This document shows positions 34,902 to 44,194 of a DNA stretch of 50,447 nucleotides, piece by piece. How positions within the stretch are numbered: position 1 is the first letter of the stretch; every line of letters begins with the position of its first letter. The translations under genes and the position numbers were made by a program. Under the pieces are notes generated by a model. It was not told the origin of the DNA and ran no database searches. It saw nothing but the letters and a program-made list of their open reading frames with translations. Origin of the DNA: Oscillospiraceae bacterium (GTDB lineage Bacteria; Bacillota; Clostridia; Oscillospirales; Oscillospiraceae); contig JBGUHV010000068.1 of the NCBI GenBank assembly GCA_045112425.1, positions 1-50,447 of the forward strand, given 5' to 3'.

Positions 34902-36656
34902 ATGCTCACCCCCTGGGGCGAACAATTCAATCCTGACGCGCCGCTGCCGGAATATCCCCGGCCGCAGATGGTGCGCGACAGCTATTATAACCTCAACGGC
35001 CCGTGGCAGTATGCCGTGACGCAGGATGCCCAGCGCCCCGCGAAGGCCGACGGCACGATCATCGTGCCCTACAGCCCGGAGTGCCAGCTCTCGGGCGTGG
35101 AACGGCGCATCCGCCCGGGCGACTGGCTCTGGTACATCCGCGACTTCACGCTGCCGGAGGACTTCTTCCGGGGCCGCGTGCTGCTGCACTTCGGCGCGGT
35201 GGATCAGCTCTGCAGCGTCTGGCTCAACGGCGTGGAGGCCGGCTCCCATTCCGGCGGCTACAGCCCCTTCACCGTGGAGCTCACGGAGCTTCTCAAGAAG
35301 GGCTCGAATACGCTGATGGTCTGCGTGCGCGATCTGACTGACCGCAACGACCTGCCCCGCGGCAAGCAGCGGCTCGAGGGCACGGGCATCTGGTATCCCG
35401 GCCAGAGCGGCATCTGGCAGACGGTCTGGCTCGAGAGCGTGCCGAAAAACTACATCCGCGGCCTGAAGATCACGCCCCGGCCCGACGAGGGGCTTCTCGA
35501 GCTCGTGGTCTACGGGCAGGGCAGGTGCGTCGCAGGCATTCTCGGGAAGAAATACGCCTTCCCCGCCGGCTCCACCGTGCGCGTGCCGGTGCCGGACTGT
35601 GAGCTCTGGACGCCGGAGCACCCGAAGCTCTATTATTTCAGCGTCACGCTCGACGGGGTCGACCGCGTGAAGAGCTATTTCGCCATGCGGAGCATCGCCG
35701 TCGGCCCGGACGAGGCCGGCGTGCCCCGTTTGCTCTTAAACGGCGAGCCGTATTTCCAAAACGGCCTGCTCGATCAGGGCTACTGGAGCGACGGGCAGTA
35801 CACCCCGCCCGCGGATGAGGCGATGATCTTCGACATTATGACCGCGAAGGACATGGGCTTCAACATGCTGCGCAAGCACATGAAGGTGGAGCCCGACCGC
35901 TGGTACTACCACTGCGACCGGCTGGGCATGCTCGTCTGGCAGGATATGCCGGCGGGCGGCGGGGAGTACTCCCCCGCCGTGATCACCGCCCCGCTCGTGA
36001 CGAAGCGCCACATCGACGACAGCCGCTACCGTCTCTTCGGCCGCGAGAGCGCCGAGGGCAGAGCGAACTTCCTCATGGAGCTGCGGCGCATGGTCTCGCA
36101 TCTCTACAACCACCCCTCCATCGTGCTGTGGGTGCCGTTCAACGAGGGCTGGGGCCAGTTTGACAGCCAGACCGCCGTCGAGACGATCCACTCCATCGAC
36201 CGCACGCGCGTGATCGACCACGCCAGCGGCTGGCACGATCAGGGCATCGGCGAGACGCAGAGCCTGCACGTTTACTTCACGCCCTACCGCTTCAAGCCCG
36301 ACAAAAAGGGCCGCGCGGTGCTGCTCTCGGAGTTCGGCGGCTACACGCTGAAGAGCGCGGAGCACAGCCGCCCGGAGCGTCCCTTCGGCTACAAGCCCTG
36401 CGGCGACGAAAAGGCGCTGGAAAAGGCGCTCTGCAAGCTCTATTACAGGCAGATCCACCCGGCGGTGGAAAAGGGTCTCGCCGCCGCGGTTTACACGCAG
36501 CTGTCGGACGTGGAAACTGAGATGAACGGTCTCATGACCTACGACCGCCACGTCGTGAAGCTCTCCCCCGACGTGCTCCGCCCGATCATCACCGGCCTCG
36601 GCGAGGCCCCGGAGGGGCTGGAGGAGGAAGCATACGAAGAGGAAGAAGCAGAATAA
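34902..36656 (+). CDS. Glycoside hydrolase family 2 enzyme
   Basis: 584 aa with AAGGAGG 9 nt upstream. GH2 sugar-binding signature VLLHFGAVDQLCSVWLNGVEAGSHSGGYSPFTVELT. TIM-barrel region FNMLRKHMK...WVPFNEGWGQ. No signal peptide. Acidic tail EEEAYEEEEAE. Confidence 0.85.
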   Translation: MLTPWGEQFNPDAPLPEYPRPQMVRDSYYNLNGPWQYAVTQDAQRPAKADGTIIVPYSPECQLSGVERRIRPGDWLWYIRDFTLPEDFFRGRVLLHFGAVDQLCSVWLNGVEAGSHSGGYSPFTVELTELLKKGSNTLMVCVRDLTDRNDLPRGKQRLEGTGIWYPGQSGIWQTVWLESVPKNYIRGLKITPRPDEGLLELVVYGQGRCVAGILGKKYAFPAGSTVRVPVPDCELWTPEHPKLYYFSVTLDGVDRVKSYFAMRSIAVGPDEAGVPRLLLNGEPYFQNGLLDQGYWSDGQYTPPADEAMIFDIMTAKDMGFNMLRKHMKVEPDRWYYHCDRLGMLVWQDMPAGGGEYSPAVITAPLVTKRHIDDSRYRLFGRESAEGRANFLMELRRMVSHLYNHPSIVLWVPFNEGWGQFDSQTAVETIHSIDRTRVIDHASGWHDQGIGETQSLHVYFTPYRFKPDKKGRAVLLSEFGGYTLKSAEHSRPERPFGYKPCGDEKALEKALCKLYYRQIHPAVEKGLAAAVYTQLSDVETEMNGLMTYDRHVVKLSPDVLRPIITGLGEAPEGLEEEAYEEEEAE

Positions 36657-36702
36657 AAAAGCCACCGCAGGAGGTATTGTTTCCTCCTGCGGTTCTCTTT
36701 TG
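36657..36702 (+). terminator. Rho-independent terminator of the GH2 gene
   Basis: CCGCAGGAGG-TATTGTTT-CCTCCTGCGG followed by TTCTCTTTTG. Confidence 0.75.
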
Positions 36703-36711
36703 CTGCGGACC

Positions 36712-36980
36712 CCCCTCAGTCTCGTTGCAGCAAGCTCCATATCCCTCACCGCTGAGCAAAGCTCACCGGATCGCTCATTTCGCTGCTGTTCCTCTCAAAA
36801 TCAAAGCAATTGCTTTGATTTTGTTCAGGAGGATTGACTTTCGCCGTCAGCCTTGTGAGGCCAAAGCCTCGCAAGGTGACTTGCGCAAGTCAATCGGACA
36901 CGGGGGCGCCGAGGGCTTCTCCGCACCACTCGCCTCCCCCTTTGGGGGAGGTGGACGAGCAAAGCGAGGCCGGTGGGGGT
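36712..36980. repeat. Second copy of the 270-bp mosaic core (element H)
   Basis: Collinear with 1711-1980 in the same orientation, including the 28-bp perfect palindrome CAAAATCAAAGCAATTGCTTTGATTTTG (36796-36823). It diverges only in a ~25-bp patch. This copy has no heptad arms. Confidence 0.85.
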
Positions 36981-36996
36981 CGTGTTTCTCCTATAC

Positions 36997-37030
36997 GCAA
37001 AAAACAGGCGCGGCTTGGCCGCGCCTGTTT
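36997..37030 (-). terminator. Rho-independent terminator of the flavoprotein reductase gene (bidirectional shape)
   Basis: The minus strand reads AACAGGCGCGG-CCAA-GCCGCGCCTGTT followed by TTTTTG. Confidence 0.75.
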
Positions 37031-37045
37031 CTGTTTTGGTTCTGC

Positions 37046-38872
37046 TTATGCCGCGCTGTCAAGAGCCTGCAGCCCGATAAACTCGGATGCGCTCTTGCCG
37101 GCGATGCGGCCGAAGACGATGAAGTCGCAGACAGCATTGCCGCCGACGCGGTTGCCGCCGTGGATGCCGCCGGTCGTCTCGCCCGCCGCGAAGAGGCCGG
37201 GGATGACGTTGCCGCTCGTGTCAATGACTTCCGCGTTGGTGTTGATCTTGATGCCGCCCATCGTGTGGTGGATGCCCGGGGCGATCTTGATCGCGTAGTA
37301 CGGCGCGGTGGAGAGATCGGCGTCCATGCCGTTGTTGCGGCCGAACTCCGCGTCCTCGCCCTTGGCGACGGACTCGTTCCAGGTGTTCATGGTGTTCACG
37401 AAATTCTGCACGGCGTCGCCCGTGAGACCCATGTTCTGGGCCAGCTCCTCATAGGTATTGCCCGTGATGGTGAAGCCGCGGTCAATGAACTTCTGCGTCA
37501 GGGCGACCTCATCCTGCAGATGCTGGTCGAAGATGATGAAGCAGTAGCCGTCCGGCTGCTGGAGCTCGGCCTGCGAGACGACGTCGCGGCCCGCAAGGTC
37601 GTTGACAAAGCGCTTGCCCTCGGTGTTCACGATGATCGCACCGTGGCTGCGCACGGACTCGGACACGAGCGTGCCGTCGGACTGAATGACGGTCGGGTGC
37701 AGCTGGATCTGCTCCATGTCGACGGTGTCGGCGCCGACGTCCTGCGCCATCAGGATGCCGTCGCCGGTCGCGCCGGAGTGGTTGGTCGTGACGGCGTTGC
37801 GCAGGCTCTCGTCGTAGCTAGCCATCAGGTCAAAGTTCGCGCCGAAGCCGCCCGTCGTGATCACGACCGCCTTGGCGTGGATGGTGTAGACGTGCTCGGC
37901 GTCCTCGGCCATGACGCCGACGGCCTGACCGTTCTCCATGAGGATCTCGGTGGCCTTGGTGTTCACGCGCACGTCGATGCCGAGATTCTCGGCCTGCGCC
38001 TTGAGCTTCTCGACAAGGTACTCGCCCACGGGCAGACCGCCCTCGGGCTTGTGCAGATACTTATGCGTGGTGCCGCCGGTCGCAACGACCTCGGGCAGCG
38101 GGGCGTCGATGCTGTAGAGCCAGTCTACCGCTTCGGCACTGTTCTCGGCCATCGTGCGCACGAGATCGGGGTTTGCGAGATCGTGGCCCAGACGCAGCGT
38201 GTCGTCCACGAAGTTGTCGACGGTGCTGTCGGTGATGCCGAGCTCGGCCTCCACCTTGGTGTCCGCCGCGTTCATGCCGCCCTCAGCGCGGAGGCTGTTG
38301 CCGCCGACGAAGGGCATCTTCTCGAGCAGAATGACGTCCGCACCCTGCTGCGTGGCGAGGACGGAGGCCGTGAGACCCGCGCCGCCGGCGCCGACCACGA
38401 CGATGTCGCACTCCAGCTCCTCGGCGGTCTTCTCCACCGGAGCCGCCGCCTCGACCTCGCGCATGAAGACGTTCGGATCGAGACCCGCGTTCGTGAGCGC
38501 GTCGGCCACGGCGGCGACAATCGCCTCGGACGAGATCGTCGCGCCGGAGACCAGGTCGCACTGCAGGCTCTGCGTGTCGAAAATGCGGCCGGGCATCTTC
38601 TCGGCAGCGACGGTGCCGATGCCCTCGGTCTCCTCGTGCGAGAGCACCTCGATCTGATAGATCGCGTTCTCGTCCGCGGTGACGGAGACGGTGATCGGGC
38701 CGTTGCGGCCCTCGGCCGTGCCCTCGGCGGTGACGGCGGTGTCCGGAATTTCGGCGGCGCCGGCCACGGAAGGCTGGTTGTTGATGACGACGCTCAGCAC
38801 GCACACCAAAAGCAGCAGAATACCGCAGGCGATGCCGATGATATCGTACATCTTCGGATTGACTTTTTTCAT
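37046..38872 (-). CDS. Membrane-anchored extracytoplasmic flavoprotein reductase (FMN_bind domain + fumarate/urocanate reductase-like FAD domain)
   Basis: The true start is MKKVNPKMYDIIGIACGILLLLVCVL (ATG 38872) with GGGAGGAAG upstream. FMN_bind with the flavinylation motif DLVSGATISS. FAD fold DIVVVGAGGAGLTAS, GGNSLRAEGGMNA, GLFAAGETTGGIHGGNRVGGNA. Confidence 0.85.
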   Translation of the reverse strand: MKKVNPKMYDIIGIACGILLLLVCVLSVVINNQPSVAGAAEIPDTAVTAEGTAEGRNGPITVSVTADENAIYQIEVLSHEETEGIGTVAAEKMPGRIFDTQSLQCDLVSGATISSEAIVAAVADALTNAGLDPNVFMREVEAAAPVEKTAEELECDIVVVGAGGAGLTASVLATQQGADVILLEKMPFVGGNSLRAEGGMNAADTKVEAELGITDSTVDNFVDDTLRLGHDLANPDLVRTMAENSAEAVDWLYSIDAPLPEVVATGGTTHKYLHKPEGGLPVGEYLVEKLKAQAENLGIDVRVNTKATEILMENGQAVGVMAEDAEHVYTIHAKAVVITTGGFGANFDLMASYDESLRNAVTTNHSGATGDGILMAQDVGADTVDMEQIQLHPTVIQSDGTLVSESVRSHGAIIVNTEGKRFVNDLAGRDVVSQAELQQPDGYCFIIFDQHLQDEVALTQKFIDRGFTITGNTYEELAQNMGLTGDAVQNFVNTMNTWNESVAKGEDAEFGRNNGMDADLSTAPYYAIKIAPGIHHTMGGIKINTNAEVIDTSGNVIPGLFAAGETTGGIHGGNRVGGNAVCDFIVFGRIAGKSASEFIGLQALDSAA

Positions 38873-38915
38873 GTGCTTCCTCCCTGTCAAAAAGTGTGTT
38901 CTGTGCAACGCCTAC

Positions 38916-38943
38916 ACAATACCACATTTCCGTAAAAAAGCAA
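38916..38943 (-). promoter_or_regulatory. Putative promoter of the flavoprotein reductase gene
   Basis: The minus strand reads TTGCTT, a 16-nt spacer ending TGG, then TATTGT. Confidence 0.35.
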
Positions 38944-38981
38944 GAAAAGACCGCATATTCCGTCGGAGAATTTGCGGTCTT
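38934..38981 (-). terminator. Rho-independent terminator after the GT2 gene
   Basis: The minus strand reads AAGACCGCA..TGCGGTCTT followed by TTCTTGCTTTTTT. Confidence 0.7.
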
Positions 38982-38988
38982 GTTTCAA

Positions 38989-39936
38989 TTATTCCCACGT
39001 GCGTTCGCTGATGATATATCTTGGCCGGTGCTTGGTCTCCATGTAGACCTTGCCGATATACTCCCCGATGATGCCGAGGGAGATGAGCTGCACGCCGCTG
39101 ACGAAGCAGATGATGCACGTCATGCTCGCCCAGCCGGCGACGGTCTTGCCCGCGAGCGCGGAGATGAGCGCCCAGATGCACCCGAGAAAGCTCACAATCG
39201 CGACGAAGACGCCGAACGACGTGATCAGATGCAGGGGCTTTACAGAGAGGCTCGTGATGCCGTTCATGGCGAGCGCGAGCATCTTGCGCAGCGGATACTT
39301 GCTCTCGCCGGCCATGCGTTCCCGGCGGGCATACTCCACCGTCGTGCTCGGGAAGCCGACGAGCGGGATCATGCCGCGCAGGAAGAGATTGACCTCCTCA
39401 AAATCGGCAAAGTGCTGCAGCACGCGCGCCGAGACGAGGCGGTAGTCCGCGTGGTTGTAGATCACCTCCGCGCCCATGGCGGAGAGGAATTTATAAAAGC
39501 CCTGCGCGGTGGTGCGCTTGAAAAACGTATCGGTCTCGCGGCTGGAGCGAACGCCGTAGACAACCTCGCTCCCCGCGAGATACGCGTCCACCATGCGGTC
39601 CATCGCGTCGAGATCGTCCTGCCCGTCGCAGTCGATGGAGATCGTGATGTCGCAGCGATCCTTGGCCTCCATGAGACCCGCGAGCACGGCGTTCTGGTGG
39701 CCGCGGTTGCGGCTGAGACAGGCGCCGAGGATGTGCTCCTCCTTCTCTGCCATGGCACAGATGAGCTCCCAGGTGCGGTCGCGGCTGCCGTCGTTGACAA
39801 AGAGGACGCGGCTCTCGTCGGAGATCTTCCCGTCCGCAATGAGCTGCAGCAGCTTTTTGCGAAACAGCGGCGCCGTGATCGGCAGCACCTCTTCCTCATT
39901 GTAGCAGGGCACGACGATATACAGGCTTGGCTTCAT
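38989..39936 (-). CDS. GtrB/CsbB-like family 2 glycosyltransferase (polyprenyl-phosphate sugar synthase type)
   Basis: 315 aa, IVVPCYNEEEVL..., VNDGSRDRT, DCDGQDD. Two C-terminal TM helices, as in bactoprenol glucosyltransferases. Confidence 0.85.
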   Translation of the reverse strand: MKPSLYIVVPCYNEEEVLPITAPLFRKKLLQLIADGKISDESRVLFVNDGSRDRTWELICAMAEKEEHILGACLSRNRGHQNAVLAGLMEAKDRCDITISIDCDGQDDLDAMDRMVDAYLAGSEVVYGVRSSRETDTFFKRTTAQGFYKFLSAMGAEVIYNHADYRLVSARVLQHFADFEEVNLFLRGMIPLVGFPSTTVEYARRERMAGESKYPLRKMLALAMNGITSLSVKPLHLITSFGVFVAIVSFLGCIWALISALAGKTVAGWASMTCIICFVSGVQLISLGIIGEYIGKVYMETKHRPRYIISERTWE

Positions 39937-39954
39937 CTTGCTCTCCCTCGATCC

Positions 39955-40563
39955 TTAAATCAGTCCGCGCAGCTTCAGGTATTCCTGAATGAGCGTGACC
40001 GTGCCGGGGATGCCGAGCTTGGAGGTGTCGACGGTGAGATCATAATCCTTCGCGTCGCCCCAGTGCTCGCCGGTGAAGAAGTTATAATACGCCTGGCGCT
40101 CCTTGTCGGTGAGCTTGATCTTGCGCTCGGCCTCGGCGGCGTCGAGATTGTCGCGCTCAGAGACGCGCGCGACGCGCGCGAACATGGGCGAATGGACAAA
40201 GAGATTCACGACCGTGACGTTCTCCTCGCGCAGGACGTAGTTGGCGCAGCGGCCGATGATGATGCACGAGCCGGTGCGCGCAGCGTTCCGGATGACCTCC
40301 GACTGCGCCTGAAACAGCTGCACGGACACGGGCTGATCCCCGGCAAAGCCGACGCTGCCCGTCACGAGGGAATACAGAAAGCTCTGCGGACGCTGCTCCT
40401 CGTGGCTCTGCACAAAGCCCTCGGCAAAGCCGCTCTTGGCCGCCGTTTCGGCGATGAGCTCGGAGTCATAGCATTTGATGCCGAGGACTCTCGCCAGCTC
40501 CTCGCCCAGATAGCGGCCGCCGCTGCCGTGCTCGCGGCCGATGGTGATGACATAGTTCGCCAT
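39955..40563 (-). CDS. Cytidylate kinase-like family protein (degenerate P-loop, function unknown)
   Basis: 202 aa, MANYVITIGREHGSGGRYLGEELARVLGIKCYDSELI. Resembles the Cytidylate_kin2-type family common in gut anaerobes. Confidence 0.7.
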   Translation of the reverse strand: MANYVITIGREHGSGGRYLGEELARVLGIKCYDSELIAETAAKSGFAEGFVQSHEEQRPQSFLYSLVTGSVGFAGDQPVSVQLFQAQSEVIRNAARTGSCIIIGRCANYVLREENVTVVNLFVHSPMFARVARVSERDNLDAAEAERKIKLTDKERQAYYNFFTGEHWGDAKDYDLTVDTSKLGIPGTVTLIQEYLKLRGLI

Positions 40564-40622
40564 GACAATCCCTCCCGGATCGTATTCATCGGAATTATTA
40601 TAAGCTTTTCAGACGGAGCTTG

Positions 40623-42065
40623 TCAACGCAGACGAGCCCCGCAGCGCGTGCAAAAATTGAGGTTCGGGGAAACGCTGCCGCCGCATTTGGGGCAGAAGCG
40701 CATGCCGCCGCCCGCCGGGCCTCTCCCCGGCGCCTGATAGGGCGTCTGCGCCGGAGCCTGATAAGGCGCCTGCGCCGGAGCGGGCGCACCGCCGCCGAAG
40801 AAATGCAGCAGCGCAAACGCCGCGCCGCCCCCGATCACGAAAATCATCAGATAGAAAACGCGGAAATAGAAATAGATCTCCCTTACATGAATCCACGGCG
40901 CCACATACATCAGCCAGATCATGGCCAGCGCCGTCAGAAGCAGAACCTCCCAGACCGGCTCGAGCGTGAGATACCGGTGGACGCCCTCCATCATCAGCCA
41001 GAGCAGAAGCACGCTCAGGACGATAAACAGCGTCGGCAGAAACAGATACGGAAAGTCATAATGCCACTGCATGAGCAGGCCGCCGAGGATCACCGCCTGA
41101 TAGATCAGATTGACCGTCAGGTTCTGCGTGAGCACAAAGTAAATCATCACGCCGAGCGTGAGCCCGAACGCCAGATCCAGAAGCACAATGTGAACCGGGT
41201 ACGGCACATTCGCAAACCGGTACAGCAGCGGGCGCAGATAGCAGAGGTACACCGCGGGAATCATCAGCAGCAGCGTGCGGGGCAGATCACCCGCGAAGGC
41301 CATCCCGCCGGTTCCCGCCGCCGGGCGGAAGGACAGCTGCGGCTGCCGGGTGCCGCCGGAGGATCGGCTCCCGGCGCCGGAAAACGACGGCGCCGAGGGT
41401 CTGCCGGGCATGACGGGATTTCCCATCGGGCGGCGCTCCACCGGCCCGCCCGGCAGGAGAAAGCGGTTTTTCTGCACGAAGAAGCCCGCCGTGCCGAGCG
41501 CCAGAATCATGGCGATCACAATCAGCCGGGCGGACAGATCCGCATCGAGCGCATAGCGGAAAAGCACGTCGCCGATATCTCTGCCGCTGTAGATGCCGAG
41601 CCCGCCGAACACGGCCATCGCCGCGCCGGTGAAGGCCGTGACGAGAATGACGCCGTATCGGTGATACACATAGGACAAGAACCCGATCACCGCACCCAGG
41701 ATCAGCGAGATGATCGCCGCCATGGTGACGCCGTCGAGATCCTGAATCATGCTGAGCGCAACCAGGAGAATGAGCAGAAACGAGAGCATAAAGGCGTTGA
41801 ATGCGGCGAAAAACCGATCCAGCAGCACCGAGAGCGCCGCCATGATCACGCCGACGATCAGCATGGTCACCAGCAGCCCGCTGCCCTCCAGCGCTTCGCT
41901 CAGGCCGAAGAACCCGTCGCGGCTGAGCGCTATGAGCAGCACCACGACCGCCGCCGCGACCGCGCCCCAGAAAAAGCCGACGACGCCCATCGTCACCTTC
42001 CGGAACACAAAGCCCCCGAAGCAGATCACCAGTCCGACAATCAAAAGCACCCAGTTGAGCGCCAT
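40623..42065 (-). CDS. Polytopic membrane protein with Pro/Gly-rich loop and C-terminal zinc-ribbon
   Basis: 480 aa with GAGGGAGG upstream. About 12 hydrophobic segments in two blocks, then PAPAQAPYQAPAQTPYQAPG, then RFCPKCGGSVSPNLNFCTRCGARL. Confidence 0.7.
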   Translation of the reverse strand: MALNWVLLIVGLVICFGGFVFRKVTMGVVGFFWGAVAAAVVVLLIALSRDGFFGLSEALEGSGLLVTMLIVGVIMAALSVLLDRFFAAFNAFMLSFLLILLVALSMIQDLDGVTMAAIISLILGAVIGFLSYVYHRYGVILVTAFTGAAMAVFGGLGIYSGRDIGDVLFRYALDADLSARLIVIAMILALGTAGFFVQKNRFLLPGGPVERRPMGNPVMPGRPSAPSFSGAGSRSSGGTRQPQLSFRPAAGTGGMAFAGDLPRTLLLMIPAVYLCYLRPLLYRFANVPYPVHIVLLDLAFGLTLGVMIYFVLTQNLTVNLIYQAVILGGLLMQWHYDFPYLFLPTLFIVLSVLLLWLMMEGVHRYLTLEPVWEVLLLTALAMIWLMYVAPWIHVREIYFYFRVFYLMIFVIGGGAAFALLHFFGGGAPAPAQAPYQAPAQTPYQAPGRGPAGGGMRFCPKCGGSVSPNLNFCTRCGARLR

Positions 42066-42125
42066 AGTCCGTTCCTCCCTCTGCAGCGCCCTCGCGGGAG
42101 GGCTGTTCCTCTGCGGTTTTATGCT

Positions 42126-42154
42126 ATCTTATCATACCCCGCCGTCATTTTCAA
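42126..42154 (-). promoter_or_regulatory. Putative promoter of the membrane-protein/CMK-like/GT2 operon
   Basis: The minus strand reads TTGAAA, a 17-nt spacer ending TGA, then TAAGAT. Confidence 0.45.
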
Positions 42155-42261
42155 CGCGGAGCTGACACGCCCCGCGCCCCGTCATTTCTCACCAAGATCG
42201 CCGGAGCGCCCCGAAAAAGTTGTGTTATCTGCCGAAATTCACATTCTGTTCACACATCCTG

Positions 42262-42290
42262 TTGACTTTCCCGCTTTAACGGACTATACT
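42262..42290 (+). promoter_or_regulatory. Promoter of the lysine riboswitch / NhaC-type transporter unit
   Basis: TTGACT (42262-42267), 17-nt spacer, TATACT (42285-42290). Confidence 0.6.
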
Positions 42291-42304
42291 TTAGAGCACT
42301 GAAC

Positions 42305-42475
42305 AAAGTGATAGAGGCGCGGACGTCATCAGTACGCTCCATTTCCCGGCAGGAACCGGGGAGCGGAAAGGGGCTGCCGCCGAAGTGTTCGCTTCGATTC
42401 CTGTCGGGCGGATGCTGGGTCGCCGGAGAAGATCCGGCGGACTGTCGCGGATAACGCGGAGCGCTGTCATGGGCA
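42305..42475 (+). promoter_or_regulatory. Lysine riboswitch (L-box) aptamer
   Basis: Conserved L-box blocks appear in order: AGAGGCGCG, CAGTA, GGGGAGCGGAAAGGGG, GCCGCCGAAG, TGCTGGG, GCGCTGTCA. This matches the B. subtilis lysC and T. maritima L-box cores from memory. Confidence 0.85.
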
Positions 42476-42488
42476 ATTGCATTTTCAT

Positions 42489-42534
42489 TGTGTCATGAAC
42501 AGTTTCACCTCTGTTCAGGACACAATTTTTATTT
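42489..42534 (+). terminator. Riboswitch expression-platform terminator
   Basis: TGTGTCATGAACAG-TTTCACCT-CTGTTCAGGACACA followed by ATTTTTATTT. The TGTCATG segment repeats the 3' end of the aptamer, which allows alternative pairing. Confidence 0.8.
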
Positions 42535-42547
42535 GGAGGCATCCATC

Positions 42548-44194
42548 ATGAGAAACAGCCGCAAGCTCCTTGCCATCGTGCTGCTGGTGATCCTCGCCAT
42601 GTCGCTTCTGACCGTCACGGGTCTCGCCGTGGACGTGGACGACAACGGCGTCGCCACGGGCAGCCCCATGGCCTACTCGTTCTGGGCGCTCGTGCCGCCC
42701 ATCGTCGCCATCGTGCTGGCGCTGATTACGAAGGAGGTTTTCTCCTCCCTGTTCATCGGCGTGCTGCTCGGTGCGCTCTTTGCCAACAGCTTTGCCCCCG
42801 TCGGCACGCTTGACAGTGTGCTCGGCGAGGCAATCGTTCCCGCCATCACCGACCTCGCGGGCAACTTCATGTTCCTCGTCATCCTCGGCATCCTCGTCGT
42901 GCTCATCAACCGCTCCGGCGGCAGCGCGGCCTTCGGACGCTGGGCCGAGAAGAACATCAAGAGCCGCGTCGGCGCCATGATGGCCACGTTCATTCTGGGC
43001 GTGTTCATCTTCGTGGACGACTACTTCAACTGCCTGACCGTCGGCTCCGTCATGCTCCCGATCACCGACCGGCACAAGGTCTCCCGCGCCAAGCTCGCCT
43101 ACCTCATCGACGCGACTGCCGCCCCGATCTGCATGATCGCTCCGATCAGCTCCTGGGCCGCCGCCGTTTCGAGCTACGCCGAGGACGGGCAGGGTTTCGT
43201 CCTGTTCGTGAAGGCCATTCCCTATAACTTCTATTCCCTGCTGTCCATCGTGTTCGTCGTGGCGATCATCCTCATGAAGTTCGACTTCGGCCCGATGCGC
43301 CTGCACGAGATGAACGCTATGCTGAGCGGCGACCTCTACACCTCCGGCGACCACGTCGACAAGGCGCTGGAAAACAGCAAGTTCAACCCCAACGGCAAGG
43401 TCATCGACCTCCTGTTCCCCGTGATCGTGCTGATCATCGCCTGCTTCATCGGTCTGCTCTATGCCGGCGGCTACTACGACGCCTCCGGTGACTTCTACCA
43501 CCAGTTTCAGGGCGCCTTCTCCGAGACGGACGCGACCGTCGCCCTCCCGTGGGGCACGCTCATCGCCCTGCTCATCAGCCTCGTCTACTACTGGTGCCGC
43601 CGCCTGATCACCTTCAAGGAGTCCATGGAGGCGATCCCCACCGGCTTTATGAACATGGTGCCCGCCATCACGATCCTCACCCTCGCGACCGCTCTGAAGA
43701 ACGTGACGGGCCTCCTCGGCGCGAAGTACTTCGTCGCCGGCATCACCGAGAGCGCGGCGGCAGGTCTCTTCAACTTCCTGCCCGCGATCATCTTCGTCAT
43801 CGCCTGCGTCCTCAGTTTCTCCACCGGCACGAGCTGGGGCACCTTCGGCATCCTGATCCCGATTGTCGCCGCCGTGTTCGGCGATCCCAGCACGCAGCTT
43901 TACTACATCGGCATGTCCGCCTGCCTCGCCGGCGCGGTCTTCGGCGACCACTGCTCCCCGATCTCCGACACGACGATCATGGCCTCCGCGGGCGCGATGT
44001 GCAACCACGTCAACCACGTGGCGACACAGCTGCCGTACGCCGGGTGCGTGGGCATCATCTGCTTCGTGAACTACATCATCGCGGGCTTCATCCAGAACGC
44101 CTGGATCTGCCTCATCATCGGCGCCGCCATCACAGTCTGCACGCTGTTCGTGATCCGTTCCATCGTGAGCAAGAAGGAAGTCAAGGCAGCGTAA
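42548..44194 (+). CDS. NhaC-family Na+/H+ antiporter-like transporter (candidate lysine transporter, LysW-type)
   Basis: The true start is MRNSRKLLAIV with GGAGG 8 nt upstream. 548-aa polytopic NhaC-like sequence. It is directly controlled by the L-box. Confidence 0.85.
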   Translation: MRNSRKLLAIVLLVILAMSLLTVTGLAVDVDDNGVATGSPMAYSFWALVPPIVAIVLALITKEVFSSLFIGVLLGALFANSFAPVGTLDSVLGEAIVPAITDLAGNFMFLVILGILVVLINRSGGSAAFGRWAEKNIKSRVGAMMATFILGVFIFVDDYFNCLTVGSVMLPITDRHKVSRAKLAYLIDATAAPICMIAPISSWAAAVSSYAEDGQGFVLFVKAIPYNFYSLLSIVFVVAIILMKFDFGPMRLHEMNAMLSGDLYTSGDHVDKALENSKFNPNGKVIDLLFPVIVLIIACFIGLLYAGGYYDASGDFYHQFQGAFSETDATVALPWGTLIALLISLVYYWCRRLITFKESMEAIPTGFMNMVPAITILTLATALKNVTGLLGAKYFVAGITESAAAGLFNFLPAIIFVIACVLSFSTGTSWGTFGILIPIVAAVFGDPSTQLYYIGMSACLAGAVFGDHCSPISDTTIMASAGAMCNHVNHVATQLPYAGCVGIICFVNYIIAGFIQNAWICLIIGAAITVCTLFVIRSIVSKKEVKAA

